A DNA stretch of 64,000 nucleotides from a bacterium (GCA_036796695.1 DAIRCK010000001.1:128145-192144), one strand, 5' to 3'; counted from the stretch's first letter, positions 1 to 9,679 are shown. Made by a program: numbers and translations. The notes: generated by a model not told the origin, from the sequence alone.

Positions 1-237
1 TCCCTCTGGTGCCAGTCCCTGGAATGTTGCACCGAATTTTAATAACAACCTTAAGACACCAAGCGGGATATCAACCTTTACCTTTGTCTTATCATTATTG
101 CGGTCATAAACACGGACCCTGAAAAAATGAGCCTTATCTTTTGTTTCCTTTAAAACCGACAAAAGACGCTCTGCTTCTTCTGGTGTTATTTTACCTTCAG
201 CAACCATATTCAAAATTTTCCTTCTCTCCTCAGACAT
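1..237 (-). CDS. Partial hypothetical protein with only the N-terminus in the window ('MSEERRKILNMVAEGKITPEEAERLL', a SHOCT-like helical motif typical of DUF2089-adjacent genes). Its 3' end lies beyond the window start.
   Basis: Reverse-complement translation from the ATG at 237. Co-oriented directly downstream of the DUF2089 gene. N-terminal motif resembles SHOCT/DUF4097-partner proteins. Confidence 0.5.
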   Translation of the reverse strand, partial: MSEERRKILNMVAEGKITPEEAERLLSVLKETKDKAHFFRVRVYDRNNDKTKVKVDIPLGVLRLLLKFGATFQGLAPEG

Positions 238-424
238 TATAACCCCCTATTTTATTTTCGTTTTTTTAAAAATATTTTAGTCAACCGGAATATTCCAAAC
301 AGAATGATTATCAAGGGCCAATCCTTATGCCAGTTTATAGGTAATATTCCAAGGTTTCCAATCCATATCAATAACCCAATTACAATTATAAAAATGGCAT
401 CTAAGGCTGGCAGCATAAAAGATT

Positions 425-793
425 TTATTTTGCACCTCCTTTTTTTCTACTCTTTAAAATGGCAATCGCTTCATCTACAGTCAATTTTCCTTCTGCAATA
501 CCATCTATTGGGTCAATTGAATCTTCATATGGTTTGAGTTTCAAACTATTCAATAGATGTTCAATCTTTGACTTTATAGTAGGATAAGAGACACCCAGTA
601 TCTTCTCAATATCAGTTATCTTTCCTTCAGTCTTTAGGAATATCTTTAAGAATTCGTAATCTTCTTCAGACAACTGGCAGAATTCGCAGGGTATAAAATC
701 CTTTTTTACCCTCAAATCACAATTTTTACATCTGAGTTCACTTATGACCATTTCTCCGCCACAAAGTGGGCATTTTTTAATTTTTTTAATCAT
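425..793 (-). CDS. DUF2089 family protein with an N-terminal Zn-ribbon (CPLCGG...CKNC) followed by a helix-turn-helix.
   Basis: 122-aa ORF. Two CxxC pairs plus the 'ILGVSYPTIKSKIEHLL' HTH, characteristic of DUF2089. Confidence 0.7.
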   Translation of the reverse strand: MIKKIKKCPLCGGEMVISELRCKNCDLRVKKDFIPCEFCQLSEEDYEFLKIFLKTEGKITDIEKILGVSYPTIKSKIEHLLNSLKLKPYEDSIDPIDGIAEGKLTVDEAIAILKSRKKGGAK

Positions 794-911
794 ACATATA
801 TATTATAATCAAATTTTTTAAAATGTCAAGGGGTAAAATGAATAAATTTTATATTTTATGGATTTACAATCAAACCTATCTGCGCTAACGTTTGATAATT
901 TTGAGCAAAAT

Positions 912-1266
912 TGGTGGAGGCGGCGGGAATCGAACCCGCGTCCAGAATGCTTCAGTGAAGAGGACTACATACTTATTCCTTTTATGAATCTCCCCTTATC
1001 TTGACCAAAGGACAGGTTGATAAGGGCAAGCCTTTTAAGAGAACCACTATCAGACCCAAAGGCTAAGGAATGATAGGGTTTTGCCCTTTATGACGCCTGT
1101 TCCGGGACGGGCAATTCCCGGGCAGACGTGACTGCATTTATTTATGCAGCCAGTGCGTATCCTGTATATGCAGGATGTTTTTTCTCATGGTCGGATTAAC
1201 GAGGTGGCCAGGACCCTCGGTATGCCCTCTTTCACCCCATTCACCCTGTCAATACCGTTCGCCCCC
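912..1266 (-). ncRNA. ssrA: tmRNA (SsrA transfer-messenger RNA).
   Basis: The minus strand begins with GGGGGCGAACGGUAUUGACAGGG (tmRNA 5' consensus) and ends with GGUUCGAUUCCCGCCGCCUCCACCA, a T-arm plus CCA. The acceptor stem pairs 5' GGGGGCG with 3' CGCCUCC and includes a G3:U70 wobble, the Ala identity element. An internal tag ORF reads ...EKKHPAYTGYALAA-UAA-AUAA, a canonical YALAA degradation tag with a double stop. Confidence 0.85.
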
Positions 1267-1339
1267 ATATGTTTAGACAACCTTTATCTTCAAATATATT
1301 ATATCTTGATTTTCATCCCTGTCAAGACCGGATATTACT

Positions 1340-2284
1340 TCATTTTCCCATTTGTAACAATGGAATAAAATTTTTATCATAGGGGGCTATAACAATAGTG
1401 TTATTGGGTGATGTGTAAAGATGTTGAAGGTTTTCAAGATACTTCCAGGATAAATATGCCCTGCCCCGATCGCCAACGAGTGATTGGGCAATTATCTGCT
1501 GTGCCTCAGAAATACCACTTGCCTCAATCTTTTTCCTCTCAGCCTCTTTCTTTTCTTTCAGTAATACAAACTCCATTTTTTGTGCTTCCTGTTCTGCCTC
1601 AAGTTTTGCTTCAATTGCATTCTTTACCTTTGGAGGCAGACTTATATTTCTCAAAAGAACTCTCTCCAGGACAATACCCCTTTTATTAAAATCATCCGCC
1701 AAATGTCTTTCAATCTCAGTCTCAAGTTCTTTTCTTTTTTCTGCATATATCTCAATTGCCTGATAATTTGCGGTGATATTTCTGATCGCAGTCCGTGCTG
1801 CAGGCCGAACAATCTTTTCTATGTAATCCGGGCCGATTTTCTGGAATACTATTGCTGCCTCATCAGGATTCAGATGATACCAGACAGTGAGGTCCATTTT
1901 AACTTCAAGGCCATCCCTGGTCAGAACAGTTATTGCATCATCACCTTTTACCTGCCCTTCTTCATATGCAATTGACATCGTATATGCCTGGGTCCTGATG
2001 CTCATAATATGGAGGTCAACAAATGGATTCACAATATTCAAACCCTCAGAAAGGGTTGCCTTTGTCAAAACCCTACCAAATAGTACCTGAACACCAACCG
2101 CACCCGGAGGAACAATCCTAAGTAAAGAAAAGAACACCAATAAACCACCAATGATACCAGCGCCCCAGGTAACATAGTTCCTTATGCGCAGTTTTTCATC
2201 AACCCTTCTGTCATCCTGGGTTATTTTATATATTGAGCGAAAGACTAACAAACTAACGATAAGTAATAGACCGAGAATGAACAT
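1340..2284 (-). CDS. SPFH/band-7 (prohibitin/HflK-like) membrane protein.
   Basis: N-terminal TM segment, an SPFH core ('VGVQVLFGRVLTK...NPFVDLHIMSIRTQ') and a C-terminal coiled coil. Confidence 0.8.
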   Translation of the reverse strand: MFILGLLLIVSLLVFRSIYKITQDDRRVDEKLRIRNYVTWGAGIIGGLLVFFSLLRIVPPGAVGVQVLFGRVLTKATLSEGLNIVNPFVDLHIMSIRTQAYTMSIAYEEGQVKGDDAITVLTRDGLEVKMDLTVWYHLNPDEAAIVFQKIGPDYIEKIVRPAARTAIRNITANYQAIEIYAEKRKELETEIERHLADDFNKRGIVLERVLLRNISLPPKVKNAIEAKLEAEQEAQKMEFVLLKEKKEAERKKIEASGISEAQQIIAQSLVGDRGRAYLSWKYLENLQHLYTSPNNTIVIAPYDKNFIPLLQMGK

Positions 2285-2380
2285 AAAAACCTCCTTTCTT
2301 TTCCAATTCTACACATTGGGACAAAATAATCAAGTGTGCAATATTCTTGCCTTTTTATTCAAGATGGGTATATTTATTTA

Positions 2381-2923
2381 ATGTCTGATGAGAATAAAGT
2401 AATTGAAGGAGTGATAAACGGTGATGAAAATTGCTGCAAAAGAATTTTAAATCTTTATAAATCAAGAATATTCAGTTATATTCTCCGTATTATAAAAAAC
2501 TATGATGATGCAGAAGAATTGACCTTTGAGACATTTATTAGATTTTTTAAATCCATAAGGTCTTTTGATAAAACAAAACCTTTATCCCCTTTTCTTTTAT
2601 CAATCGCACATAATCTGGTGATAGATTTTTTAAGAAAAAATAAAATAGATTATGAATATATTGATGAAATGCATACTACATCCGTTGATTTTGTTGAAAA
2701 ATATAAAAAAGAAAAAAGACTGCAATCCCTTGAACAGGCATTAGAAAAACTTGCACCGATTGACCGGGAGATAATCATCCTCTTTCACAAAGAAGAATTT
2801 TCGTATCAAGAAATAGGCAAAATCTTAAACCTGCCTGTAACTACAATAAAAACACGACTCCATCGTGCCAGAAACAGATTGAAAGAATTATTAAAAAAGG
2901 ATTTCAGCAAAAATGGAATCTGA
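2381..2923 (+). CDS. RNA polymerase ECF-type sigma-70 factor (sigma-24 family).
   Basis: Region 2 ('FIRFFKSIRSFD', 'AHNLVIDFLRK') and region 4 HTH ('FSYQEIGKILNLPVTTIKTRLHRAR'). The start is taken at the internal ATG (MSDENK). The ORF-track start at 2336 is also possible. Confidence 0.8.
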   Translation: MSDENKVIEGVINGDENCCKRILNLYKSRIFSYILRIIKNYDDAEELTFETFIRFFKSIRSFDKTKPLSPFLLSIAHNLVIDFLRKNKIDYEYIDEMHTTSVDFVEKYKKEKRLQSLEQALEKLAPIDREIIILFHKEEFSYQEIGKILNLPVTTIKTRLHRARNRLKELLKKDFSKNGI

Positions 2924-2960
2924 GATATTGACGATGTTGATTTTTGAGTTATAATAAATT

Positions 2961-4463
2961 ATGGAAAGCATCATAAGAAAGATTGGCAGGGAACAACTTG
3001 AGATACTTTTTGAAATGACAAGTTCCCTGAGCGCAACCCTGGAACTCTCAAAAATTCTTGATATTATCATTGAGAGTGCCAAAAACCTTTTGAAGGCAGA
3101 GGCAAGTTCTCTTTTATTGCTTGATGAGACAACAAATGAATTATATTTTGCAAGCGTTACTGGAGAGGTTTCAGAACGATTAAAAAATCTGACTGTTCCA
3201 CTTGACAAAGGGATTGCAGGTGCCTGTGTGCGCGAGGGCAAACCAAAGATTGTCAATGATACGACCAAAGATAAGGATTTCTATGGTAAGATTGATAAAT
3301 CGACCGGTTTTATCACCCGTTCTATAATTGCTGCCCCTTTGAAGATTACAGGAAAAACGATCGGAGTGGTTGAGGTATTGAACAAAAAAGATGCAAGCGA
3401 ATGGACCGAAGAAGATAAGGACCTTTTATTACTCATTGCTTATCAGGCAGCACAGGTAATACAGAATGCCCAGGTTCATTTAAAAATCAATGAATATAAA
3501 GACCTGCTCAGAAATGAGATTGATTCAAGATACGCACTCATTGGAAGGAGTGAGCAGTTTAAGAATGTGCTGAACCTTGCTGAAAAGGTTGCCCAGAGCA
3601 ATGCCTCGGTTCTCATCCTTGGTGAGAATGGAACTGGTAAGGAATTGCTTGCAAGATACATCCATCGCCTGAGTCCAAGAAGGGAAAAACCATTCATTGC
3701 GGTAAGTTGCGCAGCAATTCCTGCGACCCTGCTTGAAAGTGAATTGTTCGGTTATGAAAAGGGTGCATTCACTGGTGCCCTTACCCAGCACAAAGGCAGA
3801 TTTGAACTTGCGCATCAGGGCACAATATTTCTGGACGAGATTGGCGATTTATTACCTGAAACCCAGAGCAAATTGTTAAGGGTATTACAGGAAAAAGAGT
3901 TTGAAAGGCTTGGCGGAACAAAGACCATAAAAGTGGATGTCCGCGTGATTGCCGCAACCAATCAAAACCTTGAAGAAAAGATGAAACAGAAACTGTTTCG
4001 TGAAGACCTGTTTTATCGTCTGAATGTCTTTCCGATATATGTTCCTCCTCTGCGCGACCGTAAGGATGATATTATTATCCTTGCCGAACATTTTCTTGAT
4101 TACTATGCAAAACAGATGAATAAAGATATCAAAAAATTCTCAGACGAAGTCATTGAAAGATTAATACAATACCCCTGGCCTGGAAATGTCCGGGAACTCC
4201 AGAATGTCATTGAAAGGGCAGTGGTCTTGACCAATACTGATACAATAAAATCAGAGGCATTGATGCTTCCTTCAGAACCGATAGAATTACCGATGACCTA
4301 TGATAAAAGTTTAAAAGAGGCGGTAGAGGAATTTAAAATGAAGTATATAAAAGAAGTGATAAAGAAATGTGGGGGTAATCAAAGAAAGGCAAGCAAGATA
4401 TTAAAAATACAACCTACATACTTATCAAGGCTCTTGCACAAAAAGAATCACATTTTAGAATAA
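2961..4463 (+). CDS. Sigma-54-dependent Fis-family transcriptional activator with an N-terminal GAF sensor domain.
   Basis: GAF region, then an AAA+ sigma-54 activator core (Walker A 'GENGTGKE', GAFTGA motif 'GYEKGAFTGA', 'ESELFGYEKGAFTG'), then a C-terminal Fis-type HTH. Confidence 0.85.
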   Translation: MESIIRKIGREQLEILFEMTSSLSATLELSKILDIIIESAKNLLKAEASSLLLLDETTNELYFASVTGEVSERLKNLTVPLDKGIAGACVREGKPKIVNDTTKDKDFYGKIDKSTGFITRSIIAAPLKITGKTIGVVEVLNKKDASEWTEEDKDLLLLIAYQAAQVIQNAQVHLKINEYKDLLRNEIDSRYALIGRSEQFKNVLNLAEKVAQSNASVLILGENGTGKELLARYIHRLSPRREKPFIAVSCAAIPATLLESELFGYEKGAFTGALTQHKGRFELAHQGTIFLDEIGDLLPETQSKLLRVLQEKEFERLGGTKTIKVDVRVIAATNQNLEEKMKQKLFREDLFYRLNVFPIYVPPLRDRKDDIIILAEHFLDYYAKQMNKDIKKFSDEVIERLIQYPWPGNVRELQNVIERAVVLTNTDTIKSEALMLPSEPIELPMTYDKSLKEAVEEFKMKYIKEVIKKCGGNQRKASKILKIQPTYLSRLLHKKNHILE

Positions 4464-4470
4464 ATTCCCT

Positions 4471-4496
4471 GGAGTAGAGACTCCAATCCCATTTTT
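4471..4496 (+). terminator. Candidate intrinsic terminator/hairpin between convergent genes: ggagt-agag-actcc followed by aatcccattttt.
   Basis: 5-bp stem and 4-nt loop followed by a T-rich run, immediately after the stop of the sigma-54 activator. Confidence 0.35.
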
Positions 4497-4532
4497 CTCA
4501 CGGGACTAAAGTCCCTACTCCCAAAAATATCT

Positions 4533-6467
4533 TTATTCTGCAATCAGGATAAACTTTCCTGTCTTCAAACCATCTGAACTTTTATACATATAGAAATAAA
4601 CTCCGGATTTAACCTTGATATTTGTCTGGTCAGTTCCGTTCCACACAACCTTCTGCGTCAATCCTTCAAATCTCTTTACCAACCTTCCACTGGCATCAAA
4701 TACATTCAAAACTGCTTCAGGTTTTGGTTTCTGGGCAAATTCAAATTCAATCAGACCTTTTGCTGGATTCTGCAATAACTTAATCACTGGTTGAGTCTGA
4801 TGGCTTTTTTCAGATTCAACAATTCCCACAGGGTTATTCCCAATCGTGAGTGAAAAATTTATCCCCTGAGAGATTGTGCAGGTATCGTCCTTGAAGATCA
4901 AATTCAATCTCATTTGCTTGACTGAACCAGGTGTGGCATTCCGACTGCAACGAATAAGAAATTTTGAGGCACTGTTATTACCAGTACTCTTACGATATAT
5001 CTTGGGAAATGTCGCACTTCCACCCTGCACAACAATCTGGGTATCAAGGGAGACAAGCGTGGCTGTGATATTATATGCAGAATCGAGGGGATGGATAGCA
5101 CGGTTCCTGATACGCATCCATAGATGGGATGTCTCATTCGGGTCAAGTTGACCGGTTCCGTTACCCAGCGCAGTATCTGCAACCACTGGTTGTAGATTAT
5201 CAAAGAATACACCCGCAATCTTGGTAAAATAGATATTTACAGGTCTGCACTGATTGATGTTATTCTGTATCACTGTGTAATTGTTATAACCATCCCAGAA
5301 ATCGGTTTGATTCGTTTCTATAGTATATGCATAGGTAACAAACTTTGGCACGCCATTATGGAGCGTATCCTTCATCTCCCACTCAATACTTCCACCATTT
5401 GCTGCGTAAAGAACCCGCACAATAGGTCCTGTGCGTGCAGCTGTATAACCATTCTTTGCCCTCATTGAATCAAGAATCTCCCACTGGGTAATTGAATCCG
5501 GAATCGGCTCAGCAGTCCCACTATAACCCCAGACACAGAGATTATATGCACCATAGGAATGATAATCAATCTGGGTTCTGATCTTTTTTGGCAAGAAGAA
5601 GTCCCTTGCATTCTGGGTTTCAGGTTCACTGAAGCGCGAAGGACCCCGATATGTCTCACTCGTTACAGTAGGGCTTGAACCATAATTATCATAACCCCAT
5701 TTATAACCATAATTCCGGTTCAAATCAACACCCGCAGTAGAAGAACTCTGACCTGAATAAAAATGTCTGTTCTTACGGATATTTGCTGTTGCACCACCTG
5801 AATCTGAATTATATCTGTAACCATCAGGATTCATCACCGGAATAAAATATATCTCACGGTTATTCACAAACCAGGTAACCAGAGAATCTGTGCCATAGTT
5901 GGTCAAAAGATATTTAATATAATCAATACAGAGCGTAGTTCCCATCGGTTCCCTGGCATGGGTTGCGCCATTGAAGCAGACTGCAGGTTCCATCTCATCA
6001 ACGATTGGATTATCTGAAATCTTGAATGCGACCATTGGCAAACCCTGATAGGAATTGCCCGCACTATAGAATCTACTGATTTGTGGGAATGAATTTGCCA
6101 GGGTCTGCAATGTATCACGCATCTCCCAGTAGGTGTAGAAATAACCAAAATCGCGTAAAATCTGCGGGTCTCTGCTGCCTGCCATTTCATAAAACTTTTC
6201 TGCAATGTCTTCATAGGTGATCCTGGTCTTGAATCCTAATGCCTGAATCTTCTCAAGTTGTTCTTTGGTGGTATTTATCACGAGATAGTATTCACCATTC
6301 TCAGATTCCTGGGCCGTGCATATATCCAGTTCTCCAAAGAGTTCACCCATCTTAGAAAACAATTCATCCGCATCATTGAAATATACCCATACCTCCATCT
6401 TATTCCCGGAAAAGCCGAGCGAAAAAATGAGCACTATTAGACTTAAGCATCGTAATATTGGCTTCAT
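4533..6467 (-). CDS. M14-family zinc carboxypeptidase with a signal peptide and a T9SS C-terminal sorting domain.
   Basis: M14 motifs ('CFNGATHAREPMG', 'NPDGY'). The C-terminal ~80 aa match a T9SS type-A CTD ('...GVYFYMYKSSDGLKTGKFILI'). N-terminal signal peptide. Confidence 0.8.
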   Translation of the reverse strand: MKPILRCLSLIVLIFSLGFSGNKMEVWVYFNDADELFSKMGELFGELDICTAQESENGEYYLVINTTKEQLEKIQALGFKTRITYEDIAEKFYEMAGSRDPQILRDFGYFYTYWEMRDTLQTLANSFPQISRFYSAGNSYQGLPMVAFKISDNPIVDEMEPAVCFNGATHAREPMGTTLCIDYIKYLLTNYGTDSLVTWFVNNREIYFIPVMNPDGYRYNSDSGGATANIRKNRHFYSGQSSSTAGVDLNRNYGYKWGYDNYGSSPTVTSETYRGPSRFSEPETQNARDFFLPKKIRTQIDYHSYGAYNLCVWGYSGTAEPIPDSITQWEILDSMRAKNGYTAARTGPIVRVLYAANGGSIEWEMKDTLHNGVPKFVTYAYTIETNQTDFWDGYNNYTVIQNNINQCRPVNIYFTKIAGVFFDNLQPVVADTALGNGTGQLDPNETSHLWMRIRNRAIHPLDSAYNITATLVSLDTQIVVQGGSATFPKIYRKSTGNNSASKFLIRCSRNATPGSVKQMRLNLIFKDDTCTISQGINFSLTIGNNPVGIVESEKSHQTQPVIKLLQNPAKGLIEFEFAQKPKPEAVLNVFDASGRLVKRFEGLTQKVVWNGTDQTNIKVKSGVYFYMYKSSDGLKTGKFILIAE

Positions 6468-6546
6468 AAGCCTCCTTTCTTGATTTTATTTTAATCCAAA
6501 TTTAAAAAAAATCAAGGGGGAGGTTTAACCCTCCCCCTTTTTGATA

Positions 6547-9450
6547 CTATCTTATCAGGATTCCGCGTGTGTTATAGTTTTTATCCTCTATCTGGAGGCT
6601 GAAGAAGTAAACACCTGCTGGAACCTTTCTTCCAAGTTCATCATCGCCATTCCATCTTATATTATAAACTCCAGGTGTCTTTGTCTCATTTATCAGATTA
6701 CGAACGAGTTGTCCAAGGGTGTTATAAACCTTCAGGCTGACCTTTGCTTTATTATCAACTGTGTAATAGATATTCACAGAATTATGACTTGGATTCGGTG
6801 CAAGACTTATCCGTTTTGTGCCCGGGTCAACATAATCGCTGAATTCTTCAACCGCTATCCAGTTTAACATCCTCGGTTGCTTGGTTGTAAATTTAATTGC
6901 TCTGCCGCTTGTAAGTGGTGCCGCACCTGTATCATACATCTTGTTGAAGAGATAGCAAATACCATACTTCTTCAGGGAATCCTGTTGACCGACTGTGCAA
7001 CTTGTTGTTGGTTCGGTAACACGCTTGTACTGTATAACAATGTCGTTCTTTAGACCTGGACCAGCAGTTGTTGAATCGTAGATAATAATCTGGAAAGTAA
7101 GCCTGTTATTTGCCGAACCAGTCACTGAATCATACTGGATTATAAACCGACGATTTGTGGCATCATTATAATACCACCAGGTGCTTCCGGTAGAACCCGT
7201 ATTAAGTGTATCCCAGAATGCCGCAACCATATTTGGTGCTGAAGTCTGAGAGCCGTAATCATACACCTTAGGCAGAATGCTATTATGCTGGACTGTAAGG
7301 GTTGTATTAAGGAATGCAATCCAGCCATTGGTACAGACAGAGAGACTGTCGGTTGTCGTATATCCAAGCCTTCGGGCATAATGTCTGATTGCAAAAGGAG
7401 AACGAAGGCGGCGTGTAACCATCGGTCCACCAGCACCAATTGATGTTCCTGGTCCACCATAATTCGGATTTATCTCTATCCAATTATATACAGGCCTTTC
7501 AGTATAGAAACTATCAGTATTATCAATGACAAAATAGCCTGCACTATCAGGACCACAAACCGAACCCATCCTCAATTGATAATAGAGTTTTCTTGTATAA
7601 GTGCCAGAGGTCAGTTCAAGTTCAAATGGAACAAGTGTGCCGATTTGGATAAGGGTATCTGCCTGGAGCACAAATGGGTCTGCACCATTATGGCCCTTTG
7701 CCTTTGGATTAATGGTTCCAAAGGTCGCAGTGGAATCAAGGATTGTGATACGGGGACTGGTTGTCCGTAATTTACCGGTCACATTTGTAGCAGCCGCAGT
7801 GCCAAGGTTAATGATTGTATCCACAAGGGTAATCCGTTCTGATGGGTCAAAGAAGCCATTGTTATTGCCATTGGTTGGCGGGTCAAGGACAACAGTCCCG
7901 ATTTCAGCCAATCTCAAATCCGGAAGTGAACCAGATGCAGGTGTGAAATCAATTGCCCTCTTTGCCCGAATCCTTCCTGCACCATACATTGTATCCTTAC
8001 CCGCAGTCCCCATGTCAAGGGCAGTGAATTGCATAATACTATCAATCTGGGCAACAGTGAGATTGGGATTTTTGGAAAGCATCAAGGCAGCAAGACCAGC
8101 ACAATGGGGTGTTGCCATAGAGGTACCACTCATTGTCACATAACCACTATTATTACTATAGCTACAAGAAACTATATTTACTCCAGGTGCGGCAATATCG
8201 GGTTTTAATATTCCAGATCCAGGTCTGAATGGATAATCCCAATACCAGGGTGCATTTTCCCAGCAGGATGGACCACAAGAAGAGAAATATGCAAGGGTAT
8301 CGGGTTGAGTCGTTGCTGCAACAGAAATAGCACCAGCAAGCCTTCCCTGGACCTCTGATGGATGGTGCCAGGGTGGTGGCACATCACCAGGACACCGAAG
8401 ATTATAAGGGACTGGACAATAAGAACCTGCAGAACCACGTTCATTCCCTGCGGCAATAAAATACGGAATACCTGCAAGGGCGACATTGGTTACTGACTTA
8501 CGCCACAAACTCCTTCTTGGTGTCCAGGCAACATACCAGCCTAAGGACATTGAAACAACATCAGCACCGTGCGTTGGTGATAGTGGTGGTGATATGACAA
8601 ATTGCATCGCATCAAGGACATTTTTCTCTGAAATCGTATCTGGCATCGGATAGGCGATCGAGGTCCTTACCCTTATTGCCATTATTGAACACTGGGGTGC
8701 AACACCACAGGAATCACCAGCAGACCCATCAGAGGCGATTGTGCCTGCACAGTGTGTTCCGTGGCCATTAGCATCAATCGGATTATTATTATTCTGCTCA
8801 AAATTCCAGCCATAATACGGATAATTCGGGTCAGTCCACATATGGTTTCTTAAATCAAGGTGATTGTAATTAACACCGGTATCAATTACACCTACGATAA
8901 CTCCCTGGCCTTTATACCCTGCTGCCCAGCAGGAGTCTGCAGCAATTTTAACAATATTCCACTCTTTGGTCCTGTAATCAAGGACATCGACTGGAACAGG
9001 ATTTCCAACGGTCAAGAGAATATTTTCACTTGTAATGTATGGATAGGTAATGAATGCTACATCTTTTTGATTTGCAATCTCATTGATTATATCTGGTGTT
9101 GCCTTGCAATATATTGCATTGATAATCCACAAAGACTGGATATCAGAAACCCTGTTTGACTGGGTCTGGAGGCTGAGGTAATTTATGATTGGTGCCTGGG
9201 TCCTTGCGGAAAGTTCTTTTAGATAATTCACCACAGGATACCTTTGTTCACGACGGGGTAAGTCTGCAACAAGATTGCGCAGATAATCCTCGTCTGATTG
9301 TTCGTTTAAAACAATCAAGACTTCTATCTGGTCATTACCCTCGGTCCGGGCAATGACATCTTCGAGTTGTGGGTCAATTAATGCCTTTGCCTCAGCAAGA
9401 CCCACAAGGGAGATCGCTAAGAGACATATTGTTATATTTTTCATTTTCAT
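6547..9450 (-). CDS. S8 subtilisin-family serine peptidase with a signal peptide and a T9SS C-terminal sorting domain.
   Basis: Catalytic triad motifs 'VGVIDTGV' (Asp), 'HGTHCAGTIAS' (His) and 'GTSMATPHCAGLAAL' (Ser). C-terminal T9SS CTD ('GVYFFSLQIEDKNYNTRGILI'). Start is set at the MKMKN signal-peptide Met, which has a GGAAAGGAG RBS upstream. Confidence 0.85.
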   Translation of the reverse strand: MKMKNITICLLAISLVGLAEAKALIDPQLEDVIARTEGNDQIEVLIVLNEQSDEDYLRNLVADLPRREQRYPVVNYLKELSARTQAPIINYLSLQTQSNRVSDIQSLWIINAIYCKATPDIINEIANQKDVAFITYPYITSENILLTVGNPVPVDVLDYRTKEWNIVKIAADSCWAAGYKGQGVIVGVIDTGVNYNHLDLRNHMWTDPNYPYYGWNFEQNNNNPIDANGHGTHCAGTIASDGSAGDSCGVAPQCSIMAIRVRTSIAYPMPDTISEKNVLDAMQFVISPPLSPTHGADVVSMSLGWYVAWTPRRSLWRKSVTNVALAGIPYFIAAGNERGSAGSYCPVPYNLRCPGDVPPPWHHPSEVQGRLAGAISVAATTQPDTLAYFSSCGPSCWENAPWYWDYPFRPGSGILKPDIAAPGVNIVSCSYSNNSGYVTMSGTSMATPHCAGLAALMLSKNPNLTVAQIDSIMQFTALDMGTAGKDTMYGAGRIRAKRAIDFTPASGSLPDLRLAEIGTVVLDPPTNGNNNGFFDPSERITLVDTIINLGTAAATNVTGKLRTTSPRITILDSTATFGTINPKAKGHNGADPFVLQADTLIQIGTLVPFELELTSGTYTRKLYYQLRMGSVCGPDSAGYFVIDNTDSFYTERPVYNWIEINPNYGGPGTSIGAGGPMVTRRLRSPFAIRHYARRLGYTTTDSLSVCTNGWIAFLNTTLTVQHNSILPKVYDYGSQTSAPNMVAAFWDTLNTGSTGSTWWYYNDATNRRFIIQYDSVTGSANNRLTFQIIIYDSTTAGPGLKNDIVIQYKRVTEPTTSCTVGQQDSLKKYGICYLFNKMYDTGAAPLTSGRAIKFTTKQPRMLNWIAVEEFSDYVDPGTKRISLAPNPSHNSVNIYYTVDNKAKVSLKVYNTLGQLVRNLINETKTPGVYNIRWNGDDELGRKVPAGVYFFSLQIEDKNYNTRGILIR

Positions 9451-9608
9451 CTCCTTTCCTGATTGCTCACATATAGAACCCTCTTCTCTCCCTTTCTCAT
9501 ATTTTTTTATTTTTTGCACCACCCCCTTTCACACTTAAGTCCTATTACTATATTATATTTAGAAATTTTATTTAGTCAAGGGTAAAAACACATTTATAAA
9601 TTGTGGCA

Positions 9609-9636
9609 TTGACTTTGCCAATTTTTATTATATAAT
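9609..9636 (+). promoter_or_regulatory. Sigma-70-like promoter for folD: TTGACT, 16-nt spacer, TATAAT.
   Basis: Near-consensus -35 and -10 hexamers about 45 nt upstream of the folD ATG. Confidence 0.5.
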
Positions 9637-9679
9637 CCATTAACCTAATCTGAATTATCTTTTATTGAAAGGAGAAAAA

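Noticed and set aside
304-537. 77-aa '+' ORF.
   Set aside because: It overlaps the DUF2089 gene on the opposite strand and has no features of a real gene.
1144-1368. 74-aa '+' ORF from the six-frame track.
   Set aside because: It lies entirely antisense to and overlapping the tmRNA gene, and has no RBS or family similarity. Spurious.
7601-8143. 180-aa '+' ORF, plus several other 60-106-aa ORFs inside 6547-9522.
   Set aside because: Antisense to the S8 peptidase gene, whose reading frame carries the catalytic D/H/S motifs. The composition, rich in S/R/P/A, is typical of antisense artefacts.
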